In this document: positions 51,971-62,600 of the stretch, piece by piece
Layout of the letters: the number at the start of each line of letters is the position of its first letter
Numbering within the stretch: position 1 is the stretch's first letter
Assembly: GCA_964202905.1 (NCBI GenBank)
Contig: CAXNJO010000015.1
Coordinates: 1-64,000 of the forward strand
DNA length: 64,000 bases
Source of the DNA: Polyangiales bacterium
GTDB taxonomy: Bacteria; Myxococcota_A; Polyangia; Polyangiales; JADJQN01
Direction of reading: 5' to 3'
Notes under the pieces: generated by a model
Database searches by the model: none
Seen by the model: the letters and a program-made list of their open reading frames with translations, nothing else
What the model was told of the DNA's origin: nothing
Translations under genes and position numbers: made by a program

Positions 51971-54900
51971 GCGATCACGAGACGGGGGAGACATCGATGA
52001 ACGGAAGCCCGAAATCCGTGAGTGCCTGGGACCCGACGACCCCGCTCGACCCCGCGCGGGCCTGGCTGCTCGAGGCGAGCGCGGGCACGGGCAAGACGTA
52101 CCAGCTCGGCACGCTCTACGTGCGGCTCGTCGTCGAGCGCGGGCTCGACGTCCGGCGCATCCTCGCCATCACCTTCACGCAGGCCGCGACGGCCGAGCTG
52201 CGCGACCGCGTGCGCGCACGGCTCCGTGCGACGCTCGACGCCCTCGACGCGGGCAGCGGCGACGCGGGCAGCGGCGACGCGTACGCGGCCTCGATCCCCG
52301 CCGCGCAGGTCGACACCGCTCGGCTGCGTCTCGAGCTCGCGCTCCGCGACTTCGATCAGGCGGCGATCTCGACGATTCACGGGTTCTCGCAGCGCACGCT
52401 CCAGGAGCTCGCCTTCGAGTCGGGGCAGGACCTCGACCTCGAGCTGCTCGCCGACGGCGGCGCGATCCTCGAGCAGCTCGTCGATGACGCGCTCGCGGAG
52501 GTCTATGCAGCGACCGACGCCGAGGAGATCCACGCATTCAAGCGCGCTGGCTGGACGCGCGAGACGCTGCTCGCGACGGCGAAGGCGATTTGCGGTCCCA
52601 CGTCGCCGGCCATCCATCCGGCCGGGGTCGGGCTCGCCCGTCAACATGAACTCCTTCGCGCGTGGCTGTCGACGCTGGACGCCACCCACGAGCTCTGGAC
52701 GAACGAGGCGGGGCGGGCGGCGCGCGAACAGTTGGCCAACGACGCGCCGCATCTATTCTCGCCGACCGAACACTTCCCCAAGTGGCATCACCACATCGAA
52801 ACGTGGTTGGCGAGTGGTGCTCCGTACGAGGAAATCGCCAAGGGCAAGAATACTGCGCTCAAGAACATCCGCAGAACGTGGTTGGAGGGCAAGTGGGGAA
52901 TTGCGAACGCGAGGGGTGATCGAAAACCGCAGACGCCACCGCTCGAATCGAGGCCATGGTGGCCGCTCATCGAAGGACTCGAGCGCTTCATCACCTCATG
53001 CGAGGACTTCGTCGCCCATTTCACCCCCGTGGCCGCGTTCGCCGCGACGGTGCGCGCGAACTACGAGGCGGAGCTGACGCGGCGCGGCCAACTCACCTTC
53101 GACGCCATGTTGACGCGGCTCGCGGAGGCCATCGATCCGAGACGTGGCGACGCCGCCCGGCGCGTCCGCGACAAGCTGCGCGAGCGCTACGACGCGGCCT
53201 TCGTCGACGAGTTCCAGGACACCGACGATGCGCAGTGGACGGTGTTGCGCGAGGCCTTCCTCACCGAGGGGAAACACTTCTTCCTCATCGGCGATCCCAA
53301 ACAGGCCATCTACGGATTCCGCGGCGCCGACGTGAACGTGTATCTGCGCGCGGTCGGCGAGCTCGCCGGCGACGCGCGGAAGACGATGACCGAAAACCAT
53401 CGCTCCGATCCGGCCGCGGTGGAGGCGATGAACGCGCTCTGGCGCGCGGGCTCGGGCGCCTTCGAGGTGCCGGACATCGACTACATCGAGGTCGCGCCGA
53501 AGAAGCCGGAGCGGCTGACCGTGACGCTGCCCGGGCTGCGCGTGCGCTGGCTCGACGGCCGGATCCGACACCAGCCGGAGGGGACGCACCTCGGCGCGAG
53601 CGAGCAGCGTCGCTGCGCGGTGCTCGCGGCGGACGAGGCCCATGCGTGGCTCACGGGCGGCCGCGCGCTGCTCCGCGCGGAGACGGGGGATGCCCCGCCG
53701 CGCGAGGCTCTCCCGGGCGACCTCGCGGTGCTCGTGAACGACCGGCACGAAGCGGCGAGCGTGCGGCTCGCGCTGGGGCGACGCGGCATCCCCTCGGTCG
53801 CCGCGTCGAAGGACACCGTCTTCGAGACGACGGCGGCCGCGTGGATCGCGACGTGGCTCCGCGCGGTCGCGAGCGGCGGGCGGGATCGCGAGGCGCGATC
53901 GGCCGCCATCACGCCGATCGCGGGGTGGACGCCGCACGAGCTGGCGTGGTCCCTCGCGGTCGCGGAGCGCGGCGCCGAGGCGCTGGCGGAGGCCGCACGC
54001 GCGGGCGTCTCCCTCGGGCCGGACCGCCGGTGGGACGCGTGGACACAGCGCATCGCCGCCGCCGCCGAGCGCTGGAAGCGTCGCGGTTTCGTGCACACCT
54101 TCGACCTCGAGCTCTCGGCGCTCGGCGCGTGGCCACGCATCCTGAGGCTCCCGAACGGGGAGCGACACGCCACGGACCTGCGTCACCTCATCGAGCTGCT
54201 GCACGCCGAGGAGCGCGCGCGGCACCTCGGCCCAGCGAGCCTCGCGGAGTGGCTCGTGGCCCACGACGGCGCCGACCCAAACGCCCTCGCACAGCGGCTC
54301 GAGAGCGACGCCAACGCGGTGCGTGTCGAGACCGTCCACGTGAGCAAGGGACTCGAATATCCCATCGTTCTCCTCCCCTTCACGTGGCGAGCGAAGAAGG
54401 ACGATGCCCGGGTGTACGAGCCCTTGACGTTGCGCTGCACGGTGACGCGCGACGCCGCCGTCGACGACGCGGAACACGCCGCTGCCGAGGACCTCGCGGC
54501 CGGTGCCCGCGTCGATCTGCGTTCTCCCTTCGACCCCGCACGGCAAGTCGCACTCGCGACGCTGCGAACCGAGGAGCGCCAGGAGGGTCTCCGCAAGCTC
54601 TACGTCGCGCTGACGCGCGCGCGGCATCACACCGTCGCGTGGTGGGGGCCCGTCGGGAAATTCGGGGCGAACACGGGCGCGACGGCGCTCGGCCGGTTGC
54701 TGATGCGCGCCCCCGACCGCGACGGCTTCGCCGATTGCGAGATCGTCTTCACGAAGACCGTCGCGCAAAGCCCGACCCCCTTCGACCGCGTGCGGACGAA
54801 GCTCGACGCCTTGCAGGCCACTTCGCAGGGGCGCATCGCGTGGGAGCCGGCGACGATGCCGACGTCCTCGGGCCGATGGCAGCCGCACGACGCGCAACCC

Positions 54901-56067
54901 ATCGAGACGGAGTGGCCCTCTGCTCGCGTGATCCCCGATTTTTCAGGGCGATACGGGGTGTCGAGCTTCTCCTCGCTCGCGCGCGGGGCGGCCGCTTCGG
55001 ACACCGACGAGAAGAAGCGCGCCCCGGCGCCCGAGACGGAGATCGAGACCCCGGAGGCACCGACGGGCGATGGAGACGGCGCGGCCGTCGGCGTCACGGC
55101 GCCCGCAGTGGTGCCGACACACGCGGTGTCGCTGCTGCTCACGGCGGGGAGCGGGACGCGCTTCGGCACCTTCGTGCACGAGGTCTTCGAGCGACTCGAC
55201 TTCCCGTCCGCGCAGCCGCACGCCGACGACGCCTGCGCGTCCCTCGACGCGCTCCTCGCGGCGCTCGGCACGCGGAACGGCTACGCGACCACGTCGCGCG
55301 AGCAGGCCCATGTGCGGGCGGCGCTTCCGCACATCCTGCACACGCCGCTCGGGTCGTCGACGAAGCATGAATACGGACTCCACGAACTCCCGACGGACTT
55401 CACCCTCGCGCAGCTCTCTCGCGCCGATCGCCTCGACGAGCTCGGCTTCGATCTCTCGCTCGGCGCGGGCACGCGCTACGAGCGCCCCGCGGCGCGCCTC
55501 GCCGACACGGGCGCGCTCGCTGCGCGACCGGGCTGCGTCGATCCGCAAGCCGTCTACGCCGCCCTCGAGGCCGCGAACGGCGACCCGCGCCTGAAGCCTT
55601 GGCTCGATTTCCAGAGACAGCGCAGCGACGAGGGGAAAGCCCTCATCGGCAGTCTCGCGGGCATCCTCACGGGCTCGATCGACCTCGCCTTCCGCGTCGG
55701 CGAAACGACCGAATCTGCGCGTTATTTCGTCGCCGACTACAAGACCAACCGCATCGAGGGCTGCGAACCCGGACACTTCACCGGCCCATGGCTCGACTGG
55801 AAGATGCAAACCTCGGGCTATCTGCTGCAGTCGCTCCTCTACTCGCTCGCGCTGCACCGTCACCTGCGGACTCGGCTCCGCGGCTACGCGTACGAGACGC
55901 ACTTCGGCGGCGCGCTTTATCTCTTCGTGCGCGGGATGGTCGGGACGGAGACGCCACGCTGCGCGGAGACGGGTCACTGCCTCGGCGTGCACGCGCAGCG
56001 CTGGCCCGAAGCCGTCATCAAGACGCTCGACGCCGCACTCACGCCCGCAGCGAAGGAGACACCATGA
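51967..56067 (+). CDS. recB: Exodeoxyribonuclease V beta subunit
   Basis: EASAGTGKT, TFTQAATAELRDR, STIHGF, DEFQDTD, IGDPKQAIYGFRGAD, TVHVSKGLEY, YVALTRA, nuclease GSIDL...DYKTN; start GTG 51967 or ATG 51997. Confidence 0.96.
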   Translation: MSDHETGETSMNGSPKSVSAWDPTTPLDPARAWLLEASAGTGKTYQLGTLYVRLVVERGLDVRRILAITFTQAATAELRDRVRARLRATLDALDAGSGDAGSGDAYAASIPAAQVDTARLRLELALRDFDQAAISTIHGFSQRTLQELAFESGQDLDLELLADGGAILEQLVDDALAEVYAATDAEEIHAFKRAGWTRETLLATAKAICGPTSPAIHPAGVGLARQHELLRAWLSTLDATHELWTNEAGRAAREQLANDAPHLFSPTEHFPKWHHHIETWLASGAPYEEIAKGKNTALKNIRRTWLEGKWGIANARGDRKPQTPPLESRPWWPLIEGLERFITSCEDFVAHFTPVAAFAATVRANYEAELTRRGQLTFDAMLTRLAEAIDPRRGDAARRVRDKLRERYDAAFVDEFQDTDDAQWTVLREAFLTEGKHFFLIGDPKQAIYGFRGADVNVYLRAVGELAGDARKTMTENHRSDPAAVEAMNALWRAGSGAFEVPDIDYIEVAPKKPERLTVTLPGLRVRWLDGRIRHQPEGTHLGASEQRRCAVLAADEAHAWLTGGRALLRAETGDAPPREALPGDLAVLVNDRHEAASVRLALGRRGIPSVAASKDTVFETTAAAWIATWLRAVASGGRDREARSAAITPIAGWTPHELAWSLAVAERGAEALAEAARAGVSLGPDRRWDAWTQRIAAAAERWKRRGFVHTFDLELSALGAWPRILRLPNGERHATDLRHLIELLHAEERARHLGPASLAEWLVAHDGADPNALAQRLESDANAVRVETVHVSKGLEYPIVLLPFTWRAKKDDARVYEPLTLRCTVTRDAAVDDAEHAAAEDLAAGARVDLRSPFDPARQVALATLRTEERQEGLRKLYVALTRARHHTVAWWGPVGKFGANTGATALGRLLMRAPDRDGFADCEIVFTKTVAQSPTPFDRVRTKLDALQATSQGRIAWEPATMPTSSGRWQPHDAQPIETEWPSARVIPDFSGRYGVSSFSSLARGAAASDTDEKKRAPAPETEIETPEAPTGDGDGAAVGVTAPAVVPTHAVSLLLTAGSGTRFGTFVHEVFERLDFPSAQPHADDACASLDALLAALGTRNGYATTSREQAHVRAALPHILHTPLGSSTKHEYGLHELPTDFTLAQLSRADRLDELGFDLSLGAGTRYERPAARLADTGALAARPGCVDPQAVYAALEAANGDPRLKPWLDFQRQRSDEGKALIGSLAGILTGSIDLAFRVGETTESARYFVADYKTNRIEGCEPGHFTGPWLDWKMQTSGYLLQSLLYSLALHRHLRTRLRGYAYETHFGGALYLFVRGMVGTETPRCAETGHCLGVHAQRWPEAVIKTLDAALTPAAKETP

Positions 56068-58241
56068 ACGACGCGCAGAGCCTCCTCGAACGCGCGAAGC
56101 CCTTCCTCGAGGCGGGGCTCCTCGATCACGCCGACGTGTACGCCGTGGCGCTCGTCGCACCGCGCTACGGCGAGCACGACGCCGAGCGCCTCCTCGGGCT
56201 CGCCTTCGCCGCGCGCGCGCCGCGCGTCGGTCACGCGGGCGTCGATCTCACGAAGGTCGCCGGGCAGGTCGATGCCGAGCGCGCGGAGCGTCACGCCGCG
56301 CGGAGCGACGCGCGACACGATGCGCGCGACGCGTCGCAGGGCCCCAACGACGACAAGCCTCCGGCGCGCGAACCCAGCAAGGATGTTGCGGTATCCGGCG
56401 AAGGGCTCGACGACGCGGACGACTCGTCCCTGCCGCCGCTCCCCTGGCCCGCGGACGCGGCGGCGTGGGCCGAACACACCCTGCACTCCACGCTCGTCGG
56501 GACGCCCGAGCAGCGACACACGCCCTTCGTGCGACAAGCGCTCACGGTCGGTGGCGCAGCGCGCACGCTGCTGCTCTCACGCCGCATGTACCGAGAGCAG
56601 GAGCGGCTCGCGCACGCGATTCACGCACGGCTCGCCCAAACGCCGCCGCACGTCGCCGAGCTCCACCCGACGCTCGAGCGGCTCTTTCCGAAGGCCGACG
56701 ACGCGGAGGCGCGGGAGGCCGTGCGGATCGCCGCCGAGCGCACGCTCGCGCTCATCGTGGGCGGGCCCGGCACGGGCAAGACGTATTCGGTGAGCCGCCT
56801 GCTCGCGGCGCTCGTCACGCAACCCGGCTTGGACGGCGAGCGGTTGCACGTCGCGCTCGCCGCGCCCACTGGAAAGGCCGCGGCGCGCATGCGCGAGGCG
56901 CTGCGCGAGGCGCTCGACGCGGACGCGAAACCGGCGCTCGCCCTCGCGCCCGCGGCGCGCGATCACCTGCGCGGCCTGCCCGCCCAGACGCTGCATCGCT
57001 TGCTCGGGATTCGCCCGGACGGGCGCTGCCGACACGACGCCAAGAACCCGCTGCCGGCCGATCTCGTCGTCGTCGACGAGGTGTCGATGGTGGACCTCGC
57101 GCTCATGCGGCGGCTCGTGGAGGCCGTGCGCCCGGACGCGCGGCTCGTGCTGCTCGGCGACCGCGACCAGCTCGCGAGCGTCGAGGCGGGGAGCGTGCTG
57201 GCCGACCTCGTCGACGCGGCCGCGCGCCCGCCCCTCCTCGGGCACAGGCAGCAGTTCACCACCTCGCGCCGCTTCGCGAGCGCGCCCGACATCGGCCTCG
57301 TCGCCGCATGCCTGCAGAGCTACGAGACGAAGCAGCCCGACGTCGTCGCGCATCTCGCCGAGGGCGGCGAGCGACTCGCGCTCGCCATGTCGGTGCTCTG
57401 CGGTGAACGCCACGCACAGGCCGAGACGCACCGCGGGACACACACGGCGGCGAGCGCGGACACGCGCGCACCGCTCCACGCGTCGCTGCGCGTCGCGCAC
57501 CTCGGCGGACCGAGTCGCCCCGCCCGCGGGGCCGCACGCCCGACCGACGCGCAGCTCGAGGGGCTCGTCGCGCCTTATCTGGCGGGCTTCTACGAGCTCG
57601 GCGGGACGGCTTCGCCGGCTGAGTCCACCACGAGCGACGTCTTGCGCGAGGGCTACGCGTCGCTCGTCCGGACGCACTGCAAGGGGAACAACGCGATCGC
57701 ACCCGAGGTGCAGCGGCTGATCCTCGACGCCTTCGACCGCTACCGCGTGCTCGCCGTGCACCGCGCCGGGCCGCTCGGCGTGACCGGGCTCGAGCGCGCG
57801 CTCGCGGCGAAGGTGCGTGAGTTCCTCGGTCAGAAGGGGAGCGGCCGCTATTGGGTGGGGCGGCCCATCCTCGTCACGCAGAACGCCTACGACGTGGACC
57901 TGATGAATGGCGACGTCGGCATCGTGCTGCCGACGGAACAGGGCCTCGCGGCGGTCTTCCCCGCGGACGACGCGAAGGGCGTGCGCTCCGTCGCCACCGC
58001 GCGCCTGCCCCCGCACGAGGGCGCGCTCGCGATGACGGTGCACAAGTCGCAGGGCTCGCAGTTCGAGCGCGTCGCGCTCGTGCTCGCGGGGCGCGTCTCG
58101 CCCATCCAGACGCGCGAGCTCGTCTACACCGGCGTCACGCGCGCGAAGAACCAGCTCGCCTGGCTCGGCGAGCGCGACGAGCTCACGGAGGCCCTCCAGC
58201 GCACGGTGACGCGCGAGAGCGGGCTCTCCGCGCTGCTCTGA
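56064..58241 (+). CDS. recD: Exodeoxyribonuclease V alpha subunit
   Basis: GGPGTGKT, APTGKAAARM, TLHRLLG, VDEVSMVD, GDRDQLASVEAG, NGDVG, AMTVHKSQGSQF, RELVYTGVTRA. Confidence 0.96.
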   Translation: MNDAQSLLERAKPFLEAGLLDHADVYAVALVAPRYGEHDAERLLGLAFAARAPRVGHAGVDLTKVAGQVDAERAERHAARSDARHDARDASQGPNDDKPPAREPSKDVAVSGEGLDDADDSSLPPLPWPADAAAWAEHTLHSTLVGTPEQRHTPFVRQALTVGGAARTLLLSRRMYREQERLAHAIHARLAQTPPHVAELHPTLERLFPKADDAEAREAVRIAAERTLALIVGGPGTGKTYSVSRLLAALVTQPGLDGERLHVALAAPTGKAAARMREALREALDADAKPALALAPAARDHLRGLPAQTLHRLLGIRPDGRCRHDAKNPLPADLVVVDEVSMVDLALMRRLVEAVRPDARLVLLGDRDQLASVEAGSVLADLVDAAARPPLLGHRQQFTTSRRFASAPDIGLVAACLQSYETKQPDVVAHLAEGGERLALAMSVLCGERHAQAETHRGTHTAASADTRAPLHASLRVAHLGGPSRPARGAARPTDAQLEGLVAPYLAGFYELGGTASPAESTTSDVLREGYASLVRTHCKGNNAIAPEVQRLILDAFDRYRVLAVHRAGPLGVTGLERALAAKVREFLGQKGSGRYWVGRPILVTQNAYDVDLMNGDVGIVLPTEQGLAAVFPADDAKGVRSVATARLPPHEGALAMTVHKSQGSQFERVALVLAGRVSPIQTRELVYTGVTRAKNQLAWLGERDELTEALQRTVTRESGLSALL

Positions 58242-58371
58242 GAGGCGATGTCGCCAATCCCGCGCTCCAGCCCCGAGCGCCGATGGTTTCCTGCTTTTCG
58301 CGCGAACCCGATGTCAGTCCGGCTGCGCGCGCTCCGTCTCCCTCTGGTCACCGCCCTCCCCGCGAGAACCC

Positions 58372-59655
58372 ATGCCCCTCCGCCGTATCCTGCACACCTC
58401 GGACTGGCACCTTGGCCAGCTCTTCCACGATCACGACCGCACCTGGGAGCACCAGCAGTTCCTCGATTGGGTGATCGCCACGGTCGTCGCGAAGGAGATC
58501 GACGCGCTCCTCATCACGGGTGACATCTTCGACACGGCGAATCCGCCCGTCAGCGCGCAGCGCCAGTGGTTCAACCTCCTCGGGCAGCTCCTGCGCGCGC
58601 GGCCCGCGTGCACGGTCGTCGCCATCTCGGGCAACCACGACTCCGCGCACCGCCTCGACGCGCCGGACGCGCTCTCCCGCGCGCTCGGCCTCCATGTGAT
58701 CGGCTCGCCGCGCGACGTCGAGGGCCGCTTCGACCCGGCGCGCCTCGTCGTCCCGCTCGGCCGCGAAGAGCATGGCGGTGTGTGGGGCTATGCGGCCGCG
58801 ATGCCGTTTCTGCGCGCCGACGACCTCGGCACGCTCACGCAGCTCGCGGCCGACGGCGCCTTCGCCACGCTCTCGAAGGCCCGCTATCAAGCCACGTTCG
58901 ACGAGCTCGCGCGGCGCGCCGGGCCCGGTCACGCGCGCGTCGCCCTCGCGCACGGCGTCATCCTCGGCAGCGAGCTCACGATCTCGGAGAGCGAGCGCGA
59001 CGTGCGCATCGGCAACGCGGCCGGCCTGACGGTGGACGTCTTCCCCGAGGACCTCACCTACGTCGCGCTCGGCCATCTGCACCATGCGCAGCGCGCGGGC
59101 GGTCGCGAGAACGTGCGCTACGCGGGTTCGCCGCTGCCCCTCCACGTGAACGAGGCCCCCTATCCCCACCAAGCGGTGCTCGTCGAGGTGGAGGACGGAC
59201 GCCTCCTGTCGCACGCGCCCTTGCGAATCCCTCAGCCCGTCGGCCTCGTTCGGGTGCCCGGCAAAGGCGCCGCGAACGATCCGGACTCCGTGCTCGCGGC
59301 GCTGCGTGCGCTCGCGCCGAGCGGCGTCACGGACTCCGATCGGCAGCCCTTCATCGAGGTGCGGTATCGCCGCACCGAGCCGCGCCCGTCGTTCGGCAAC
59401 GAGGTGCGCGCCGCGCTCGAGGGCAAGGGTCATCGACTGACGACGGTGCGCGACGAGTCGCGCGACGACCCGGCCGCCGCGGCCAGCGACGGGTCCGACG
59501 CGCCGAAGCGGCTCGATGAGTTCGAACCCGAGGACGTGTTCAAGGTGCTCTACCAGCGCGAATTTCCCCGCGGGAACGGGCCTTCCGAGGCGCTCCTCGC
59601 GGCGTTCAGCACGCTCGTCCGGGACCACCACGAGAAGCAGAAGGGGCGCGCGTGA
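58372..59655 (+). CDS. sbcD: Exonuclease SbcCD subunit D (Mre11 homologue)
   Basis: LHTSDWHLG, GDIFD, GNHDS, YVALGHLH, RYAGSPLP. Confidence 0.95.
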   Translation: MPLRRILHTSDWHLGQLFHDHDRTWEHQQFLDWVIATVVAKEIDALLITGDIFDTANPPVSAQRQWFNLLGQLLRARPACTVVAISGNHDSAHRLDAPDALSRALGLHVIGSPRDVEGRFDPARLVVPLGREEHGGVWGYAAAMPFLRADDLGTLTQLAADGAFATLSKARYQATFDELARRAGPGHARVALAHGVILGSELTISESERDVRIGNAAGLTVDVFPEDLTYVALGHLHHAQRAGGRENVRYAGSPLPLHVNEAPYPHQAVLVEVEDGRLLSHAPLRIPQPVGLVRVPGKGAANDPDSVLAALRALAPSGVTDSDRQPFIEVRYRRTEPRPSFGNEVRAALEGKGHRLTTVRDESRDDPAAAASDGSDAPKRLDEFEPEDVFKVLYQREFPRGNGPSEALLAAFSTLVRDHHEKQKGRA

Positions 59656-62600
59656 AGATCCTCTCCATTTCCTTGAAGAACCTCGCGAGTTTCGCCGGCG
59701 AGGCCACGCTCGACTTCCGCACGCCGCCGCTTTGCCACGCGGGTGTGTTCGCGATCATCGGCCCAACGGGGTCGGGCAAGTCGACGATTCTCGACGCGCT
59801 GTGTCTCGCGCTCTACGGGAACACGCCGCGCGCCAATGCCAGCAACCGCGCGAAGATCCTCGTCGAGGGCGACGAAGGCTGGACGGCGCAGGACCCGCGT
59901 CACCTCATGCGGCGCGGCGCGGACGAGGCGTTCGCGTCGGTCCTCTTCGAGGCGGAGTCGGTCGTCTACGAGGCCACCTGGCGCTGCCGGCGCGCGACGC
60001 GGGGCGCGCGCAACCTCAAGGACGCCGAGCTCGAGCTGCGGCGCGGCGGCGAGGTGATCGCCCTCGCGAAGAAGGGCGTCAACGAGAAGGTCGCCGAGCT
60101 GACCGGCCTCGACTTCGAGAGTTTCTGCCGGTCCGTGCTCCTGCCGCAGGGGCAATTCGAGCGCTTCCTGACCTGCGACTCGAAGGAGCGCTCGACGCTT
60201 CTCGAGGCGCTCACCGATCCCGCGGGCCTCTACCGCGGCGTCTCGCTCCTCGCGCACGAGCGCGGCGGCGCGGCCAAAGAGCAGATCCAGAAGGCGGAAG
60301 AAGAGATGCGCCGCGTCGTCGTGCTCACCGACGCGGAGCGCGCCGAGCTCGACGCCCGTCTCGCGCAGCACGAGGCGGAGGCGACGCGCGCGCAGGAGGC
60401 GCACGCCGCCGCCACCGAGGCGCGAGCGCGGCACGCCGCGATCGACGCCGCCGCGAAGAACCGCGCCGACAAGCGCGCGGACACCGAGTCCTGCGAGGCC
60501 GCGCGCGTCGCCGCGGAGCCCGAGCGACGCACGCTCGCGGACGCCCGCGCCGCACAGCCCCTCCGCGCGACCGGGAAGCGGCGCGACGAGACCGCGGCGC
60601 GCGCGCGGGAGGCCGAGGGCGAGCTCGCACGGCTCGTCGCCGCGCTCGCGCAGGCCCACGACGCACAGCGGGAGGCCGCCGCGAATCAGGTCGTTGCCGC
60701 ACACACGAACAACGCCGAGCGCGCGGCGCTCGACGCGCTCCGCCCCCAGCTCGAGAGGGCGCGGTCGCTCGACGCTGACGTGGCACGCACGGCCGCGGAC
60801 CTCTCCACGGCCTCCGCATCGCGCGCATCGCTCGAGTGCGACGCGCGGCAGATCGAGGCCCGCGAGGCGCAGCGGACCGCAGGCGACGCGGCGCTGCGCG
60901 AGGCCCGCGCCGCGGTCGAGGCGTGGCTCTCCGCGCACCCCGAGGCCGCCGCGCTCGCCGCGCAGCGCGGCGTCTGGGAGGCGGCGCTCGACGACTACGC
61001 GCAGACGAACGACGCGCTCGCGAAGGCGCGCACGCTGCGCGACGCGCTAACGGAAGCCACCGCGCGTCTCGCGGCCGACGCGGCGCGCGCGGAGGCTGCG
61101 CGGGCCGACGCCGAGCGTCTCGCGTCCGAGGCGAGGCAGGCGGCCGACGAAGCGACGCAGCGCGCCGACGCGCACCGTGCGGCCGACGCGCGCACGCAAC
61201 GAGAGGCGATCGGCCAGCGAGAGGCGGGGCTCGACACGTTGCGCGTGTCGCTCGATCGACGCCGCACGGACCGTCACGACAGCGCGACACGACGCGACGA
61301 GGCCAACGACGCTGAGGCGCAGCGCAGCGCGCACGACGTCGCGCGCGCTGCGCTCGTCGCCGAGGTGGCGCGACTCGACGCGGCCCTCGAGGACGCGAAC
61401 CGTGCGCACGCGCTCGCGCAGGCCCGCGCCTCGTTCGACGAGCACCGGCGCGCGCTCGTCGCGGGCGAGCCGTGCCTCGTCTGCGGAAGCACCGCGCATC
61501 CGTGGGCCGATCCGACCGCGCTCCCCGCCAGCGAGGCCGACGAGGGCGCGCGTCTCAAGGGCGAGCTGGGCGCCGCGCGGGAATCCCTCCGCCTCTGCGA
61601 GCGCGCGCTCGTCGAAGCGACGCAGCGCGCCAAGGGCGCCTCGGAGGAGGCCGCGCGCCTCGACGCGCGCCTCGCGGCGGCGCTCCCGGCGCTCGCAGCG
61701 GCGTGTGCGCAACTCGGCCTCGGGACCGACCCCGACACGGACACGCACGCCGCATCGGTCGACGCGCTCCGCGCGACGTTGACAGAGCAGCGCGTCGCGC
61801 TCGACGCCGCGACGCGCAGCGCAGACGACGCCGAGGCCGCGGAGCGCGCGGCCAAGGACCACCGCGACTCGCGCGCCGACGCGCTGCGCGCGGCCGCGCA
61901 GGGCGCCGCGCAAGCGACCCAGCGGCAGCACGACGCGCATGCGAAGGCCGGGCTCGAGGCGGAGCGCATCGCGGACTTCGAGGTGCGGATTCGCCAGTGC
62001 GAGGCGCGCGCGGCCGACGCGCTCGCCGCGGTGCCCGGCGCCGTCGCGGCGTTCCGCGCCGACCCGCGCGACCGCCGCGAGGCGTGGTCTCAACTCGCCG
62101 ACGCGTACGGCGTGCAGCAGGCGACGCACGCGCGGCTCGCGGACGAGGCCCGCGCGCTCGAGAGTGCCCGCGTCGAGCTCGACACGGCGCGCCAGGTGCT
62201 CGACGCCAGGCGCGCGCCCCTCGAGACCCAGATTGCGGCGCTCGAAGCCCGTCGCGAGACGCTCGGCGCCGAGCGCGCCGCGCTCTTCGCCGGTCGGCGC
62301 GCCGACGACGTCGAGCGCGAGGCGAAGGCGCGCGTCGCCGCGTGCGAGGCGGCGCTCGCCGCCGCGACGCTGGCGGCAGCCCGGGCGCAGCACGACACGA
62401 CCGTGCTCGGGGCCCGTCGCGACGAGCACGCCAAGCACCTCGGCGAGCACCGCGTCCAGGCCGAAGAAGCCTACGAAAAGCACGCCGGGACGCTGGCCGC
62501 GCTCGGTCTCGACGAGGACGAAGCCGCGCGTCGCCTCGCCCTCGGCGACGACGCACTCGCGGCGCTCCAGGCGACGCTCGAGCGGCTCGACAGCGACGCG

